Assembly (NCBI GenBank): GCA_045046875.1
Contig: JASFYY010000126.1
Coordinates: 1 to 42,035, forward strand
Length of the DNA: 42,035 nucleotides
From: Verrucomicrobiota bacterium
GTDB taxonomy: Bacteria > Verrucomicrobiota > Verrucomicrobiia > Verrucomicrobiales > DEV007
Direction of reading: 5' to 3'
The first letter of the stretch is position 1. Each line of letters starts with the position of its first letter. Both the position numbers and the translations under genes were made by a program. Positions 26,658 through 36,953 of this stretch are shown here, in pieces. The notes under the pieces were generated by a model, which had not been told where the DNA came from, ran no database searches, and saw only the letters and a list, made by a program, of their open reading frames with translations.

Positions 26658-27437
26658 CTACAGTTTTTGGGTTTCCGATTTCAGTAGAACATAACGCGCG
26701 CTTTGCACCTTCGTTTGTGGAGGGATCCAGGTGCGCTCAAAGGCCTGGTGGACTTTTTGTAAATCCTGCCAGAATTCAAGCCACGGGCTGTTGCGCACGT
26801 TTTCCTGCTGCATTCTGGCTTTGATCATACGAAAGGGGAAACAGTGGACGGCGAAGCTCTTCTGCCCGTGCTTGAGCGCGGCATTGGTGAGGGTGTAAAT
26901 TTCTTCAATTTGATCGTCGCCCATTGCGTAACAGCCGATCGACACACAATTGCCATGCACCATCAGATAATTGCCAGTGCGTTTTTTGGCACGGTCGTAT
27001 GCATTGGGGTAACCGAGGTTGAAGGATAGGTGGTAGCGGCTGTATGGGTTCATTTGCTCTTTGTTTACCCGATACAAACCCTCGGGGGATTGGTGGTCGC
27101 CCTGTTTCAGTTTAGGTCCGAGTGTGCCCGACCAGCTGCAGATTTTATAATTGCGGAAGAGCAGGTATTCACCGCTTTTTTGCTCACTGCGTATCCACAG
27201 TTCAAGTTCATTGGATTCCTTGAAAATACGTAAATAAACAGGAGAGCCCCAGCGCAGCCCTTTTTTTGTCATTTCAATTTTTAATCGAGGGCCGGTTTTG
27301 GCGGCGGCTTTTTCAGCACGATTAGGTTTGGCAGTGACCTCAGGGAGTAAGCCGGATACGAGGCCGAGGGTGAACAACCAGAGGATGAAAAGGTTTTTAA
27401 ATTCCGGGCCATACGAACTTAGAGCAGAAGCTTTCAT
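26658..27437 (-). CDS. L,D-transpeptidase-family protein, YafK/DpaA (LdtF) type
   Basis: YLRIFKE, GPKLKQGDHQSPEG, SFNLGYPNAYD, MVHGNCVSIGCY, FPFRM. Confidence 0.88.
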   Translation of the reverse strand: MKASALSSYGPEFKNLFILWLFTLGLVSGLLPEVTAKPNRAEKAAAKTGPRLKIEMTKKGLRWGSPVYLRIFKESNELELWIRSEQKSGEYLLFRNYKICSWSGTLGPKLKQGDHQSPEGLYRVNKEQMNPYSRYHLSFNLGYPNAYDRAKKRTGNYLMVHGNCVSIGCYAMGDDQIEEIYTLTNAALKHGQKSFAVHCFPFRMIKARMQQENVRNSPWLEFWQDLQKVHQAFERTWIPPQTKVQSARYVLLKSETQKL

Positions 27438-27469
27438 AGAGAATACTACGTTGCAGCTTTAGGGTTCTA

Positions 27470-28186
27470 TCATTGGCTGCGGTAATTTCCGGGATTGATC
27501 ATTTTTTTCACATCATCCATACTCAGCGAGGTATTGCGTTGATCCTGTGGCCCCGCACTGATTTCACTCATTGGCTGGGGCACGGGTGCACTTGTGATAG
27601 CTCTGGTCCCACTGCGATTGTCGGAGGTGCGGAAAGTTTTGTCCGAGCCCTGGAAGTCCTTTTTCTTGCTGAAAGGGTTGAGCCAGTCGAGGAAGCCGGG
27701 CTTGGAATCCCTGATCCGTGCCTCCTGGGTGGAGTCTGTCGAGGTGAAGCGGTCGACGTCGGATTCTCTGGCGTCTTTGTAAATGTTGCTGTCCTTGGTG
27801 CGGTAGTCTTTCTGACGAGTGAGGTATTCCGGAGTGCGGTATTCCTTCATGTTCATGTCTTTTTTGCCCATGCGGAAACTTTTCAAGTCGGCGTCATTGC
27901 CCTTGGAGTTGCGGAAGGACTTGTCAGCGTATAATTCCTTCTTGTTGCTTTTCATCGTGCCGTCCTCGCCGATTTCGAAACCGGAAGCGTAGCGTTTCTT
28001 CATTTTATCACTGTCGTCAGGTTCCGAGCCTGACTCGCTGATGGAATAGCTGCGTTTTTTGGTGGTGATGGTCCGTTGGGTGCAACTGGAGCATAAAACG
28101 AGCGCAGGCAGCAGCAGGCACAGCAGCGCGATTGAAACCGTGTGGGTTTGCTTTTTAATGGCTGGACTGTGATTTAAAGTTTTCAA
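27470..28186 (-). CDS. Hypothetical lipoprotein
   Basis: Hydrophobic N-region ending LCSSC; highly charged body; co-oriented with neighbours. Start codon (TTG) uncertain. Confidence 0.65.
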   Translation of the reverse strand: MKTLNHSPAIKKQTHTVSIALLCLLLPALVLCSSCTQRTITTKKRSYSISESGSEPDDSDKMKKRYASGFEIGEDGTMKSNKKELYADKSFRNSKGNDADLKSFRMGKKDMNMKEYRTPEYLTRQKDYRTKDSNIYKDARESDVDRFTSTDSTQEARIRDSKPGFLDWLNPFSKKKDFQGSDKTFRTSDNRSGTRAITSAPVPQPMSEISAGPQDQRNTSLSMDDVKKMINPGNYRSQ

Positions 28187-28221
28187 GACGTATGCATTGA
28201 AGGGGCTTAGGAGCGTTCGAT

Positions 28222-31200
28222 TTACTGCTGTTTGCGCAGTTGATCAATTTTGAACTGCAGGCCGGAACTTAAGTAATAGCGTTTGAGGCGTTGATCAATG
28301 GCCCCGGCGTTTTTTTGCGCCTCGGGCAAGCTCCACTTTCGGTAGAGGTCGATAGTGGCATTGCTGGCCTGTTGGATGGTTTTTTCATCGCTGGCGGAGG
28401 CACGGCTGAATAACTGGATCAGTAAACTTTCCGCTTCTGGCAAGTTATCGTTGGTGATCAGGAACTGGGCGTAATCAAGCAGGAAGTCCCCTGCAACCCG
28501 GCCCTCTTTTTGTAGGGTTTTGTAGTAGTTGCGGTAGAGCGATTTGGCCAAATTCGGATAAGAGGCTTCGGCAAAGGCTTTTGGCAATTGGTGACGGTTG
28601 ATGAAGTTGGGCACGATCGAGATGCGCACCCGGCGGCGGAAGATTTCGCTGATCGGTTCAGCCATGAGTCGGGCATGCAGGGCGGCGATCCGGGTATCGC
28701 TTTTTAACCGCTTCAGGCTCTCGAGCAAGCGTGCCGGATTTTTAAAACCTAGTGGGTCTTGTTTGGAGTTGGCGTAGTCAGATAATAATTGTTCTGCTTG
28801 CGGGAGGTGATTGGATTCGATGGTTTGTTCGACGGCGCACATTAATTCCGCTTCGTCCATGTTCTGCGGCTGTAGTCCGGATAGAATAGAGCGGTTTCCT
28901 TTGGCTTGCGCTTCGTTGAGTAAATTTACGCTTAGTGTCCAAAGCACCTTTGATCCGCTTTTGTTTGTGAGAGGTGAGCGGGTTTGCAAGGCCTGGTGCA
29001 ATCCTTGTGGGTTGGCTGCGGCCTGATTGCGGATGAGTTCAAACCATGGTTTGACCTGCGCGGATCCGGGTTGCAGAGAAATCAGCAAGGCGCGCATTTC
29101 TGTGGCGGAATCTTCGATGGGTGCGCCTTGAGCAAGCCGGCTTTTGATTAAAGCCAATAACAGGGGTGCTCGATTGATGTTAGCCGCTGAAGCGCGGATT
29201 TGTAAAAGCAGGGCGCTGTCGGCCATCGCTGTGTATCCTGCTTGATTGAGGCGCTCAGCCAGATGAAGGACCAAATCATTGTTGTTATACTTGATGGCCT
29301 GACGGGTAAGGTCGGCAAATTTCTTTTCTGTATTTTCCTCGAGGCCGGCGTAAATGTCGGCGAGCAACCGGATGCCTTCCATTTCAATCCCGGGTTGGCT
29401 TTGATTGAGCTCCAATGCTTCCAGCCAAAACAGAGATTCGTCGATTTTGTTCTCTGCCAATAAAAGGCGACCGACGGAAAGGTAGTCAGTTCGAGTCAAC
29501 GCCTTTCTAGCTTTTAAGAGTTGCAGCAGGTCGAACTCTTTACCCGCTAGCTGATTCTCTTGATAAAATTTCAATAGGGAGCGGTAGTATTCGGTGGCCA
29601 GTTCGGATTTCAACTCGGGGGAAGTGGTGGCGAACGTTGCCGGGGGGTTTTGACCGTAGGCCAACAAGTTTTTCACATCGCCAGCCAGACGTAAAAAGAG
29701 GGCGTGTTTCTGGGCGATATAAAGGTCGGTCATGCCTGAGGAGCGGGGCAGTTTTGCCTGTAAAAAACGCTCAATCAACTTCAAGGCGGGCTGGTAATCC
29801 TGTGCTTTGCTGCAGGCGGTAAAAAAATTCCGGACCAAGGTGAAATCATTGGGGTCGAACTGGATCAATTGATGATAAACGGGAATCGATTCGCGGTAAA
29901 AATTGCGTGATTCCAGAGTGCGCGCCAGTTCGAGTCGCAGGGTCTCGTCATTCAGGCGGGTGGAAAATTCCGCCACCAACTGGCGACGTTCCGGGGCACT
30001 TTTAGCGGGTAAAAGCCACATCAGGCGAGCCATCGAGAATTGTTGGAACTGGGCGATCACTGCGGCATCCTGGCTTACGACATGATCGACGCTGTTCATG
30101 GCATGGTGAAAGTCTTCGGCAGAAATGTTGGCGGGCAAACGGCGAACGTATTCATTGAGTAGGCGCTCCATGCCGATCCAGTGTTCAACGTGGGCGTAGC
30201 TACGTCGGGAGGCGGGGTTGTAGTTGGGGCGCGGGCTGTCGAGGTGGTTTTTTGTCAGTTGGCTAAGGGATTTAAGCACGCCATCCCGATCTCCGGATAT
30301 CATCGCCAGGTTGAGGCGGCACTCGAGTATCGTTTCGGGGCTGGCGGCGGGGTGTTTCTCTACTTTCTGTTGGAGAAAATCGAGCAGAGCCGTTTTTTCT
30401 TCGGCACTTTCCCTTAGTTGGTAGAGCTCGGATGCGATGCTGAAAAAGGAAAGTGGCAGTCCGCGAACGGCATTGGGTTCGATCGCCTTGAGGCTGCGTT
30501 CAAGCCAAAATAGTCTTTTTTGCTCGTGACCCATCCACTCGGCGGATTGGGCGATTTTATAAATGAAGTCGGCATCGACCGATGACTGGGTGCGGGCGAG
30601 CGCAACACCGATTTTGTAAGCCGACTCGAGCTTGCCATCGAGTTGCAGGTTGTTTTGTAAATGGCGGGCTATCGAGAGGGTGATAGGAGATTTCAGGAAA
30701 ACGGTTTCCAGGTCTTGTTGGCGGACGGCTTGTGGATCTTCTTGTAATAATAACAGAGTGGCCAATACGGAGAACGAGCCGTCTTGTTGTTCGCTGGCAA
30801 GTTTGTTTTGTTCAAACAAAGCTTCGCCATGCCCCATGCGCAGGCTGAGCAGGGTATAAAAAAAGCGGTTTTGACTGCTGGTCAACGGCAGCATTTTTCT
30901 ATTGAGAATGGATTGGCTTTGTTCGAAGGCGCCGGCGTGGAAAGTGGCCCAGAGCCTTTCATCGGCGGACAGGTCGGTATCATTGGTCCAGCGATGAATC
31001 CATTTTTTCAAAGTAAGGGGATCGTTTTTTGCTAGACGCGCGGCTTCTTCGATGGCGCGCAGGCGAATGGCATTACGTGGTGAAGGCACCCGACTGAATT
31101 CGGCATGCGGTTTGCGTAACCAGGAGGTCAGTTCTTCCTGTTGTTCACTTTCGAGGAAGCGGTATTCCTGGATACCGCTGATCAGAATATCAAGGCCGCT

Positions 31201-34200
31201 GTTGCGAGGCAGTCGTTCAGAGAGGGAGTGCCAACCTCCATTGACAAGAGGAAAGTAGGTGAGGAATTCCCCTTCTTCATCCTTGGGCAAAGCGTCGTCA
31301 GCGGTTGTATCGATGGCTTTGTGGAAAGAAGCAAGAGCTTCAGCCATTTGGCCGTTTTCCTTTTGTAACAATCCTAACTCCAACCATAAGGATGAATCCC
31401 ATGGGCGTAGCTTGACCAGTTTTTGATAAAACTGTTGAGCTTCTTCCGGGCGGTGGGTTTTCAAATAGTAACCGGCGCTCTCTCTGAGGAATCCAGCATC
31501 GCGGGCGAACTTTCCTTCAAAGCGTTTGCGGGTGAGATCCGCTTCTGCCACGCGTAGATCTTTCTCCAGCATGTCGACAAGCAGTTTCCAACTTTCCAGA
31601 TTGTTCTTGCTGCTATCACTGACGATCAACTGACGGCGATAATAAATAGCGGCCTTGAGGTCGTTGGACTGGTCTGCCAGTTCGCCGAGCTGCGCCAGCA
31701 GGGTTTGGTCCTGGTCGGACATGTAATAGGCTTTTTTGAGAACCTGGTAAGCGGCTTCAGGGTCGCCGGAAGCGCGGTGGATTTTGCCCAGGGCTTCAGG
31801 GTAAAAACGTTCGAAGGGGGCTTGGGCGACCAAGCCGTTGTAGCGTTTTTTCAGCCAGGGTAGCTTTTGCATCCGGGTGGCGAGGGTCAGTTGTGACTCG
31901 AACAGGCGGCGTTGGCGGATGGGGTCGGTTTCTTTTTCGATCAAATCCAATTGCACCTCCATGGCCTCTTCGGCTTTGCCCATTTCAAGCAGGGTGGTGG
32001 TCAGTTGTTTGGCGATCTGCCGTTTGTCATCGATGCTGGCTTTTTGGTAAGCATTGCGCCACACGGCCAGTTGATCTTCGCTGCGGCCCTGGCGTTTGTA
32101 GAATCCGACCAGGGATCTCAGGGTGCTCAAAGTGGCGTCATCCTTACGGGCGAGTTCCTCCATCAGGCGCACAGCCTGATCCTGGTATTCCATTTTGAAA
32201 CGAAATTCGGCCCAGCGGCGTAGGTAGTCGCTTTGATGATCTTTGTCGATCTCTGCCAGTAATTTGAGCTGTCTGCCGGACAATAAAGTATTGCCGGTTT
32301 GATCGGCGAGCTCCAGCATCAATTTTTCGACTTCGATGTTGGTGCCGTCCTGTTGGTGAAGCTGAGTCAACTGCTGATACATCTCGCGATGATCCTGCAG
32401 CTTGAAAGCCCACCAGGCGACACGGTATTTGTGTCGCAGGTCGGGCTGTTGGGCGGCTTGCTGCTTGAGGGTTTGATAAAACTGTAAAAGTTTCTCCGGC
32501 AAGGGTTCGTCGGTATTGGTTCCGTTGGGGTTGCGGCTGGCGGCCAACGCGAGGCGGCGGTGTTCGGCCGTTGTCTGTGGAGGCCCCATCAGCAGTGGCG
32601 ACGGGTTGTTGGCTTGATTTTGAGCGCCTTTATCGATTAGCGCTCTTAGTAAGCTGAATAAGAGCTGGTCGATTTCTATTTGGGCGCTCAGTTCAGGGCT
32701 GGCTTGCCACAATTGGTTGTAGGTGGAGATAGCTTCATCGGTTTTCCCTGCTTCGGTCAGGATCGATGCGAGGATGAGTTGAGCTTCTTTGTTGGAGGGA
32801 GTGATTTCCAGCGCTTGGCGCAGGGTTTTTTCTGCTTCGGTAAACATTTTCAGCTCGGCGTAAACCTTGGCCGCTTCGTGCAAACGCCGGGCTTTTATTT
32901 TATTGTTGGTCACATTTTGCTTAACATAAGCAGCAATGGTGGTTTTGGCTTTTTGGCTGCGCCCGCGTTCGCTGTAAAATTTGGCGAGAGCTAATGAGGC
33001 GGCTTTGTTTTTATCGTTGCTGCCTGCCTGCTGCTCGGACGGGGACGAGCTTAATAGGTCTTCAACGATTTGATCGAGGTAGTGGTAACGAGCGAATTCG
33101 AGCAATCGATTAATGGCCTCCGGCCTTGTGTTTTGTTCGTTGCCTTTGGCAAGGTATTGTTTGAGCACGGTTTCAGCGGCTTCTTTCCCGTCAGTGTTAA
33201 GCGCGGCCAGGGAGCGCATGAAAAACAGGCTGAGCGGAGCTGTGTCCTGCTGCTCGATCAAACGATCCAATTGATCCGCTGCCAGTTGGAACTTTTCATT
33301 TTCTATCAGCAGTTCGGCCAGGCGCAGGGAGTAATTGGCGTTGCCGGGTGCGATTTGGGTCAAGCGTTGCACCCAGATTTGTTCTTGTTCGGCTTGGGCG
33401 CTGAGGCGGAAAAGTTCAGCTAGGTTCCACAGGGATTGTTCGCTGCCGGCTCTATTTGAAACCTGGCTGAGCAGCCTTTTTTCAAACTCCTTCAAACGGT
33501 CAAAACGTTCGTATAATCTTTCTTCAACTGCAAAAAAGTGTTTGTAGCGGTAGTCTTTGAAATGCAGCAGGCTTTTGGCTTGGCGGGTGCTTTCGATGGC
33601 CTTGTCAAAATCATCGATGAAGCCGTAAAGGTTGCTGAGGGTTTCCAAAGCCGCGAGTTTTTCCTCGGCATCCTGTGATTGGGATTGTTGTTTTAAAATC
33701 CGGATGGCCTCATCGGTGCGCCCGGTTTCCAGTAACAAAGCGACCATGCGGGTGCGCAGTTTTTTATCGTGGGGGTTCTGGGTCAGTAATTGATTCCACA
33801 CCGCCACCGCCTCATCCACACGTTGGGCGGATTTCAGCAGGTCTGCCCGGCGCAGTTGGATGACCAGACGGTCCTTGTGTCCGGCGGGTAGTTGTTTCAC
33901 CAAGCGATCGTAAAGAACAAGTGACTGTCTGGTTTTTTCCTCTTGATCAAGAATCTCGGCAGCACCGCGCAGAGCATGGATTTCATTCGCGTCGATGGTT
34001 AAGGCCTGTTGGTAGTATTGCAGCGCTTCGTTGAGTTCACCTTTTTTTCTGAGCAAGTGGGCGTAGAGAATTTTTGCCACGGTGGCGTCAGCTGGTTCGG
34101 CAGCGCCCTTGATGTAGGAAAGCAGCAGTGTTTCTTGTTGGTGCCGACGGTATAGGTTCCAGAGCAGGTTGAGCACGCGTCCGTACTCCGGTTCGCCTTG

Positions 34201-34479
34201 AAGGATCTGGATGTAGTGATTGGCGATTTTTGTGTCGGCTTTGCTCCACGGTAGGCTGGTGACAGCGCTTTGGTTTTTTTTAGGGGAGCTGGTTGGTTGA
34301 GTTTCGGCTTTGGGTTGGTCGGCGGCTATCGAAGGGCCAGCGAGGCAGAGCAACAGTGAGGCAGAGAGGAAGGGAAGACGGGGCAGGCGAAGCGCCCGCC
34401 CTACAATGTGGCTCCTTGATACAAAACACCGCCCGCTTTGCTGAGCGGAGCGTATTTTGCTGAAGGGCTTGTGGGTCAT
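28222..34479 (-). CDS. Very large exported tetratricopeptide-repeat protein (2085 aa)
   Basis: Uninterrupted 6.2-kb ORF; signal-peptide-like segment ending SIAA; many TPR-type helices (e.g. EALQYYQQALTIDAN, EAEKTLRQALEITP, WLELGLLQKENGQMAEA). Confidence 0.85.
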   Translation of the reverse strand: MTHKPFSKIRSAQQSGRCFVSRSHIVGRALRLPRLPFLSASLLLCLAGPSIAADQPKAETQPTSSPKKNQSAVTSLPWSKADTKIANHYIQILQGEPEYGRVLNLLWNLYRRHQQETLLLSYIKGAAEPADATVAKILYAHLLRKKGELNEALQYYQQALTIDANEIHALRGAAEILDQEEKTRQSLVLYDRLVKQLPAGHKDRLVIQLRRADLLKSAQRVDEAVAVWNQLLTQNPHDKKLRTRMVALLLETGRTDEAIRILKQQSQSQDAEEKLAALETLSNLYGFIDDFDKAIESTRQAKSLLHFKDYRYKHFFAVEERLYERFDRLKEFEKRLLSQVSNRAGSEQSLWNLAELFRLSAQAEQEQIWVQRLTQIAPGNANYSLRLAELLIENEKFQLAADQLDRLIEQQDTAPLSLFFMRSLAALNTDGKEAAETVLKQYLAKGNEQNTRPEAINRLLEFARYHYLDQIVEDLLSSSPSEQQAGSNDKNKAASLALAKFYSERGRSQKAKTTIAAYVKQNVTNNKIKARRLHEAAKVYAELKMFTEAEKTLRQALEITPSNKEAQLILASILTEAGKTDEAISTYNQLWQASPELSAQIEIDQLLFSLLRALIDKGAQNQANNPSPLLMGPPQTTAEHRRLALAASRNPNGTNTDEPLPEKLLQFYQTLKQQAAQQPDLRHKYRVAWWAFKLQDHREMYQQLTQLHQQDGTNIEVEKLMLELADQTGNTLLSGRQLKLLAEIDKDHQSDYLRRWAEFRFKMEYQDQAVRLMEELARKDDATLSTLRSLVGFYKRQGRSEDQLAVWRNAYQKASIDDKRQIAKQLTTTLLEMGKAEEAMEVQLDLIEKETDPIRQRRLFESQLTLATRMQKLPWLKKRYNGLVAQAPFERFYPEALGKIHRASGDPEAAYQVLKKAYYMSDQDQTLLAQLGELADQSNDLKAAIYYRRQLIVSDSSKNNLESWKLLVDMLEKDLRVAEADLTRKRFEGKFARDAGFLRESAGYYLKTHRPEEAQQFYQKLVKLRPWDSSLWLELGLLQKENGQMAEALASFHKAIDTTADDALPKDEEGEFLTYFPLVNGGWHSLSERLPRNSGLDILISGIQEYRFLESEQQEELTSWLRKPHAEFSRVPSPRNAIRLRAIEEAARLAKNDPLTLKKWIHRWTNDTDLSADERLWATFHAGAFEQSQSILNRKMLPLTSSQNRFFYTLLSLRMGHGEALFEQNKLASEQQDGSFSVLATLLLLQEDPQAVRQQDLETVFLKSPITLSIARHLQNNLQLDGKLESAYKIGVALARTQSSVDADFIYKIAQSAEWMGHEQKRLFWLERSLKAIEPNAVRGLPLSFFSIASELYQLRESAEEKTALLDFLQQKVEKHPAASPETILECRLNLAMISGDRDGVLKSLSQLTKNHLDSPRPNYNPASRRSYAHVEHWIGMERLLNEYVRRLPANISAEDFHHAMNSVDHVVSQDAAVIAQFQQFSMARLMWLLPAKSAPERRQLVAEFSTRLNDETLRLELARTLESRNFYRESIPVYHQLIQFDPNDFTLVRNFFTACSKAQDYQPALKLIERFLQAKLPRSSGMTDLYIAQKHALFLRLAGDVKNLLAYGQNPPATFATTSPELKSELATEYYRSLLKFYQENQLAGKEFDLLQLLKARKALTRTDYLSVGRLLLAENKIDESLFWLEALELNQSQPGIEMEGIRLLADIYAGLEENTEKKFADLTRQAIKYNNNDLVLHLAERLNQAGYTAMADSALLLQIRASAANINRAPLLLALIKSRLAQGAPIEDSATEMRALLISLQPGSAQVKPWFELIRNQAAANPQGLHQALQTRSPLTNKSGSKVLWTLSVNLLNEAQAKGNRSILSGLQPQNMDEAELMCAVEQTIESNHLPQAEQLLSDYANSKQDPLGFKNPARLLESLKRLKSDTRIAALHARLMAEPISEIFRRRVRISIVPNFINRHQLPKAFAEASYPNLAKSLYRNYYKTLQKEGRVAGDFLLDYAQFLITNDNLPEAESLLIQLFSRASASDEKTIQQASNATIDLYRKWSLPEAQKNAGAIDQRLKRYYLSSGLQFKIDQLRKQQ
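34381..34405 (-). repeat. GTAG-family REP-like hairpin inside the TPR gene 5' end
   Basis: Minus strand T-GTAG-GGCGGGCG-CTT-CGCCTGCCC: GTAG tetranucleotide at the foot of a 9-bp GC-rich hairpin. Confidence 0.6.
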
Positions 34480-34506
34480 TGGAGGAATGAGGGATTGAGA
34501 ATGGGA

Positions 34507-36159
34507 TCACGGGGTTTTCCCCGCCAGCAGGGTTTCCGCGTGGGCTTTGGCGGATTCACCGCCACCACCTAGCATTCTTGATAACTCGGCCACCCGGCTT
34601 GCGCCCGTCACTTCTTTTAGCGTCGAGCGGGTGCTGTTTTTGCTGAATTCTTTATGCACAACGTAATGGCAATGAGCCGATGCGGCAACTGGCGGCAGGT
34701 GAGTGATCGCTACGACCTGGTGTTGAGCCCCGAGGGAAGCCATTTTGGCACCGACGGCATGGGCGATTTCGCCGCCGACATTGGCGTCGATTTCGTCAAA
34801 AACCATCAGGGGAATCTGGTCTTGTTCGGCCAGAGCGCTTTTCACCGCGAGCATCACCCGTGACATTTCACCGCTGGACGCGATCACTCGCAACGGCTTG
34901 GGCGGCTCGCCGGGGTTGGGGGCAAAAACGAAGTCAGCTTGTTCGAGGCCTTTGAGTTCGGGGGAGGGCAACGGCTCCAGTGGAATTTCGAATTTTGATT
35001 GTTTGAAACCAAGGTCTTTCAGATGTTTTGAAATTTCCCGTGCCAGGCGTGGGGCGCAGTCGCGGCGTTTTTTGGACAAAGCCTGACCGAGTTTGATCAC
35101 CTTTTTTTCCGCGCTGGTGGCCAGCGTTTCCAGACGCTGTAGCTCGTCGCCGCGATTATCGATCAGAGCCAGTTTTTCCACGGCCTGTTCACCGTGGGCG
35201 ATGACGTCTTCAATATTATTGCCGTACTTGCGGCGCAGGGTTTCCAGCAGGTCGATGCGCTGTTCCATCGCCCGCAGAGACTCGGGATCGAGATCCAGGT
35301 TGTCGATGTAAATCGCCAGGGCCTGGTTGAGTTCTTCCAGTTCGATGTGAGCCGAATCAAATCCGCTGGTGATCTGCAGAGCGCTGGCATCGAGTTGCTC
35401 CAGCTCACGCAGTGAGCGCTGCACTTCGCTGAGTGCCGGTAGGATGGTTTCGTTCAAGTGGCTGCCGGCGGCTTTGGCGGAATCGACCAGGCGGGTGCTG
35501 TTGGTGGCCAGTTGATAACGTTGATCGAGTTCGACGGCTTCTTCAACATTGAGCTCTGCGTTTTGGATTTCTTCGACTTGGAATCTCAGTAGATCGAGCT
35601 CCTGTTCGCTGGAGCGCTCACTGTCGCGTAGATTTTCAAACGCGGTGAGCGCGTCCTGCCATTGCTGCCACGTATCACGGTATTTTTTAGCAGCGGTTTC
35701 CAACTGGGCGTATTCGTCCAGCATGGAGAGCTGGCGATCCCGTGATAACAAGGACTGGTGATCGTGCGGGCCGTGAAGATCGATCAGCTGGTCACCAAGA
35801 GATCTCAGCACCGATAAGGTGGAGGCTGAGCAGTTGATGAATTGTTTGTTACTGCCTGCGCTGAAGCTTCTTTTTAAAACCAGCGTCTGGCCGTCACAGG
35901 TTTCGAGACCGGCATTTTCTAGCAATTCATTGACTTGATCCAGGTTGCTCAGCTCAAACACCGCTTCGACCGTGCAGGTGCTTTCCCCTCGCCGGATCAG
36001 ATCATGGTTGGCGCGTTCACCGAGAATGAGTTTTAAAGCGCCGACGATCATTGATTTTCCAGCGCCGGTTTCTCCGGTCACGCCGACCAGACCCGGGCCG
36101 GGCTCCCAGGTCAGATCCTCTACCAGAGCTAGATTTTTGATTTTCAGAGTCGTCAGCAT
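34507..36159 (-). CDS. recN: DNA repair protein RecN
   Basis: TGETGAGKS, DLHGPHDHQSL, ASSGEMSR, FDEIDANVGG, ITHLP, ELSRMLGG. Confidence 0.97.
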   Translation of the reverse strand: MLTTLKIKNLALVEDLTWEPGPGLVGVTGETGAGKSMIVGALKLILGERANHDLIRRGESTCTVEAVFELSNLDQVNELLENAGLETCDGQTLVLKRSFSAGSNKQFINCSASTLSVLRSLGDQLIDLHGPHDHQSLLSRDRQLSMLDEYAQLETAAKKYRDTWQQWQDALTAFENLRDSERSSEQELDLLRFQVEEIQNAELNVEEAVELDQRYQLATNSTRLVDSAKAAGSHLNETILPALSEVQRSLRELEQLDASALQITSGFDSAHIELEELNQALAIYIDNLDLDPESLRAMEQRIDLLETLRRKYGNNIEDVIAHGEQAVEKLALIDNRGDELQRLETLATSAEKKVIKLGQALSKKRRDCAPRLAREISKHLKDLGFKQSKFEIPLEPLPSPELKGLEQADFVFAPNPGEPPKPLRVIASSGEMSRVMLAVKSALAEQDQIPLMVFDEIDANVGGEIAHAVGAKMASLGAQHQVVAITHLPPVAASAHCHYVVHKEFSKNSTRSTLKEVTGASRVAELSRMLGGGGESAKAHAETLLAGKTP

Positions 36160-36233
36160 TGCAGGACTATGATAAGACTTTTGCGGCAGAGAACAAATGA
36201 TAAGAGAAGTAGGCTGGTTGAAACAGAAAAATT

Positions 36234-36947
36234 ATGAAAACATTAACCGTAGTGGTGCTATTTTTTATTACCTTCGTAGCGAGGGGTGAAGATGTGAAAT
36301 TGCCACACGTATCTGTGTTTGGCACGGCTGAGATCAAGGTGGTGCCGGATGAGATGATCTGGAATCTCTCAGTTGAGAGCAAAGGGAATGAGGTCGAAGC
36401 GGTGGCTGAGGCTCATGACAAAAAAGTGGCCGCATTGTTGAAATTTCTGAAAGAGCAAAAGATAGAGGATAAGAAGGTGCGAACATCGCGCATTGAGTTG
36501 TCTGAGAATTTGGTATATCGGGATCGAAATAAAGTTAAAGAGGGTTATATCGCCTCTACGCAGGTTTCATTTAGATTAAGTGACTTGGAGAAATATCGCG
36601 CTCTTTGGTTGGGAATATCCAAACAAGCTGATGTCAGTGTGCAAGGCGTGGATTTTGACAGTTCGCAGCGGATCAAATATCAAAATGAATCGCGGTTGGA
36701 GGCTGTGAAAGTCGCTAAGGAGAAAGCGCAGGCTTTGGCTGAGGCTTTGGATTCTACAATTCACGAACCCCTATTGATAGAAGAGCAGGCTTCATCGACT
36801 TTTACTTTGCGGAATAATAGTTTCATGACAAATGTGAATGGAGGAGTCATTGCTGCGGGGCAGGGAGCGAATTGGGACTCGATTGCTCTAGGAACCATTT
36901 CGGTGACAACCAGTGTTCAGGTCAAATTCCGCATTTCTAGTAAATAA
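36234..36947 (+). CDS. SIMPL (DUF541) domain periplasmic protein
   Basis: Signal peptide; VSVFGTAEIKVVPD, AKEKAQALA, ISVTTSVQVKF. Confidence 0.88.
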   Translation: MKTLTVVVLFFITFVARGEDVKLPHVSVFGTAEIKVVPDEMIWNLSVESKGNEVEAVAEAHDKKVAALLKFLKEQKIEDKKVRTSRIELSENLVYRDRNKVKEGYIASTQVSFRLSDLEKYRALWLGISKQADVSVQGVDFDSSQRIKYQNESRLEAVKVAKEKAQALAEALDSTIHEPLLIEEQASSTFTLRNNSFMTNVNGGVIAAGQGANWDSIALGTISVTTSVQVKFRISSK

Positions 36948-36953
36948 AATTTG

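Noticed and set aside
28458..33863. Numerous alternative-frame and antisense ORFs inside the TPR gene and other long CDSs
   Set aside because: Expected shadow ORFs in moderately GC-rich coding DNA; none shows a recognisable motif.
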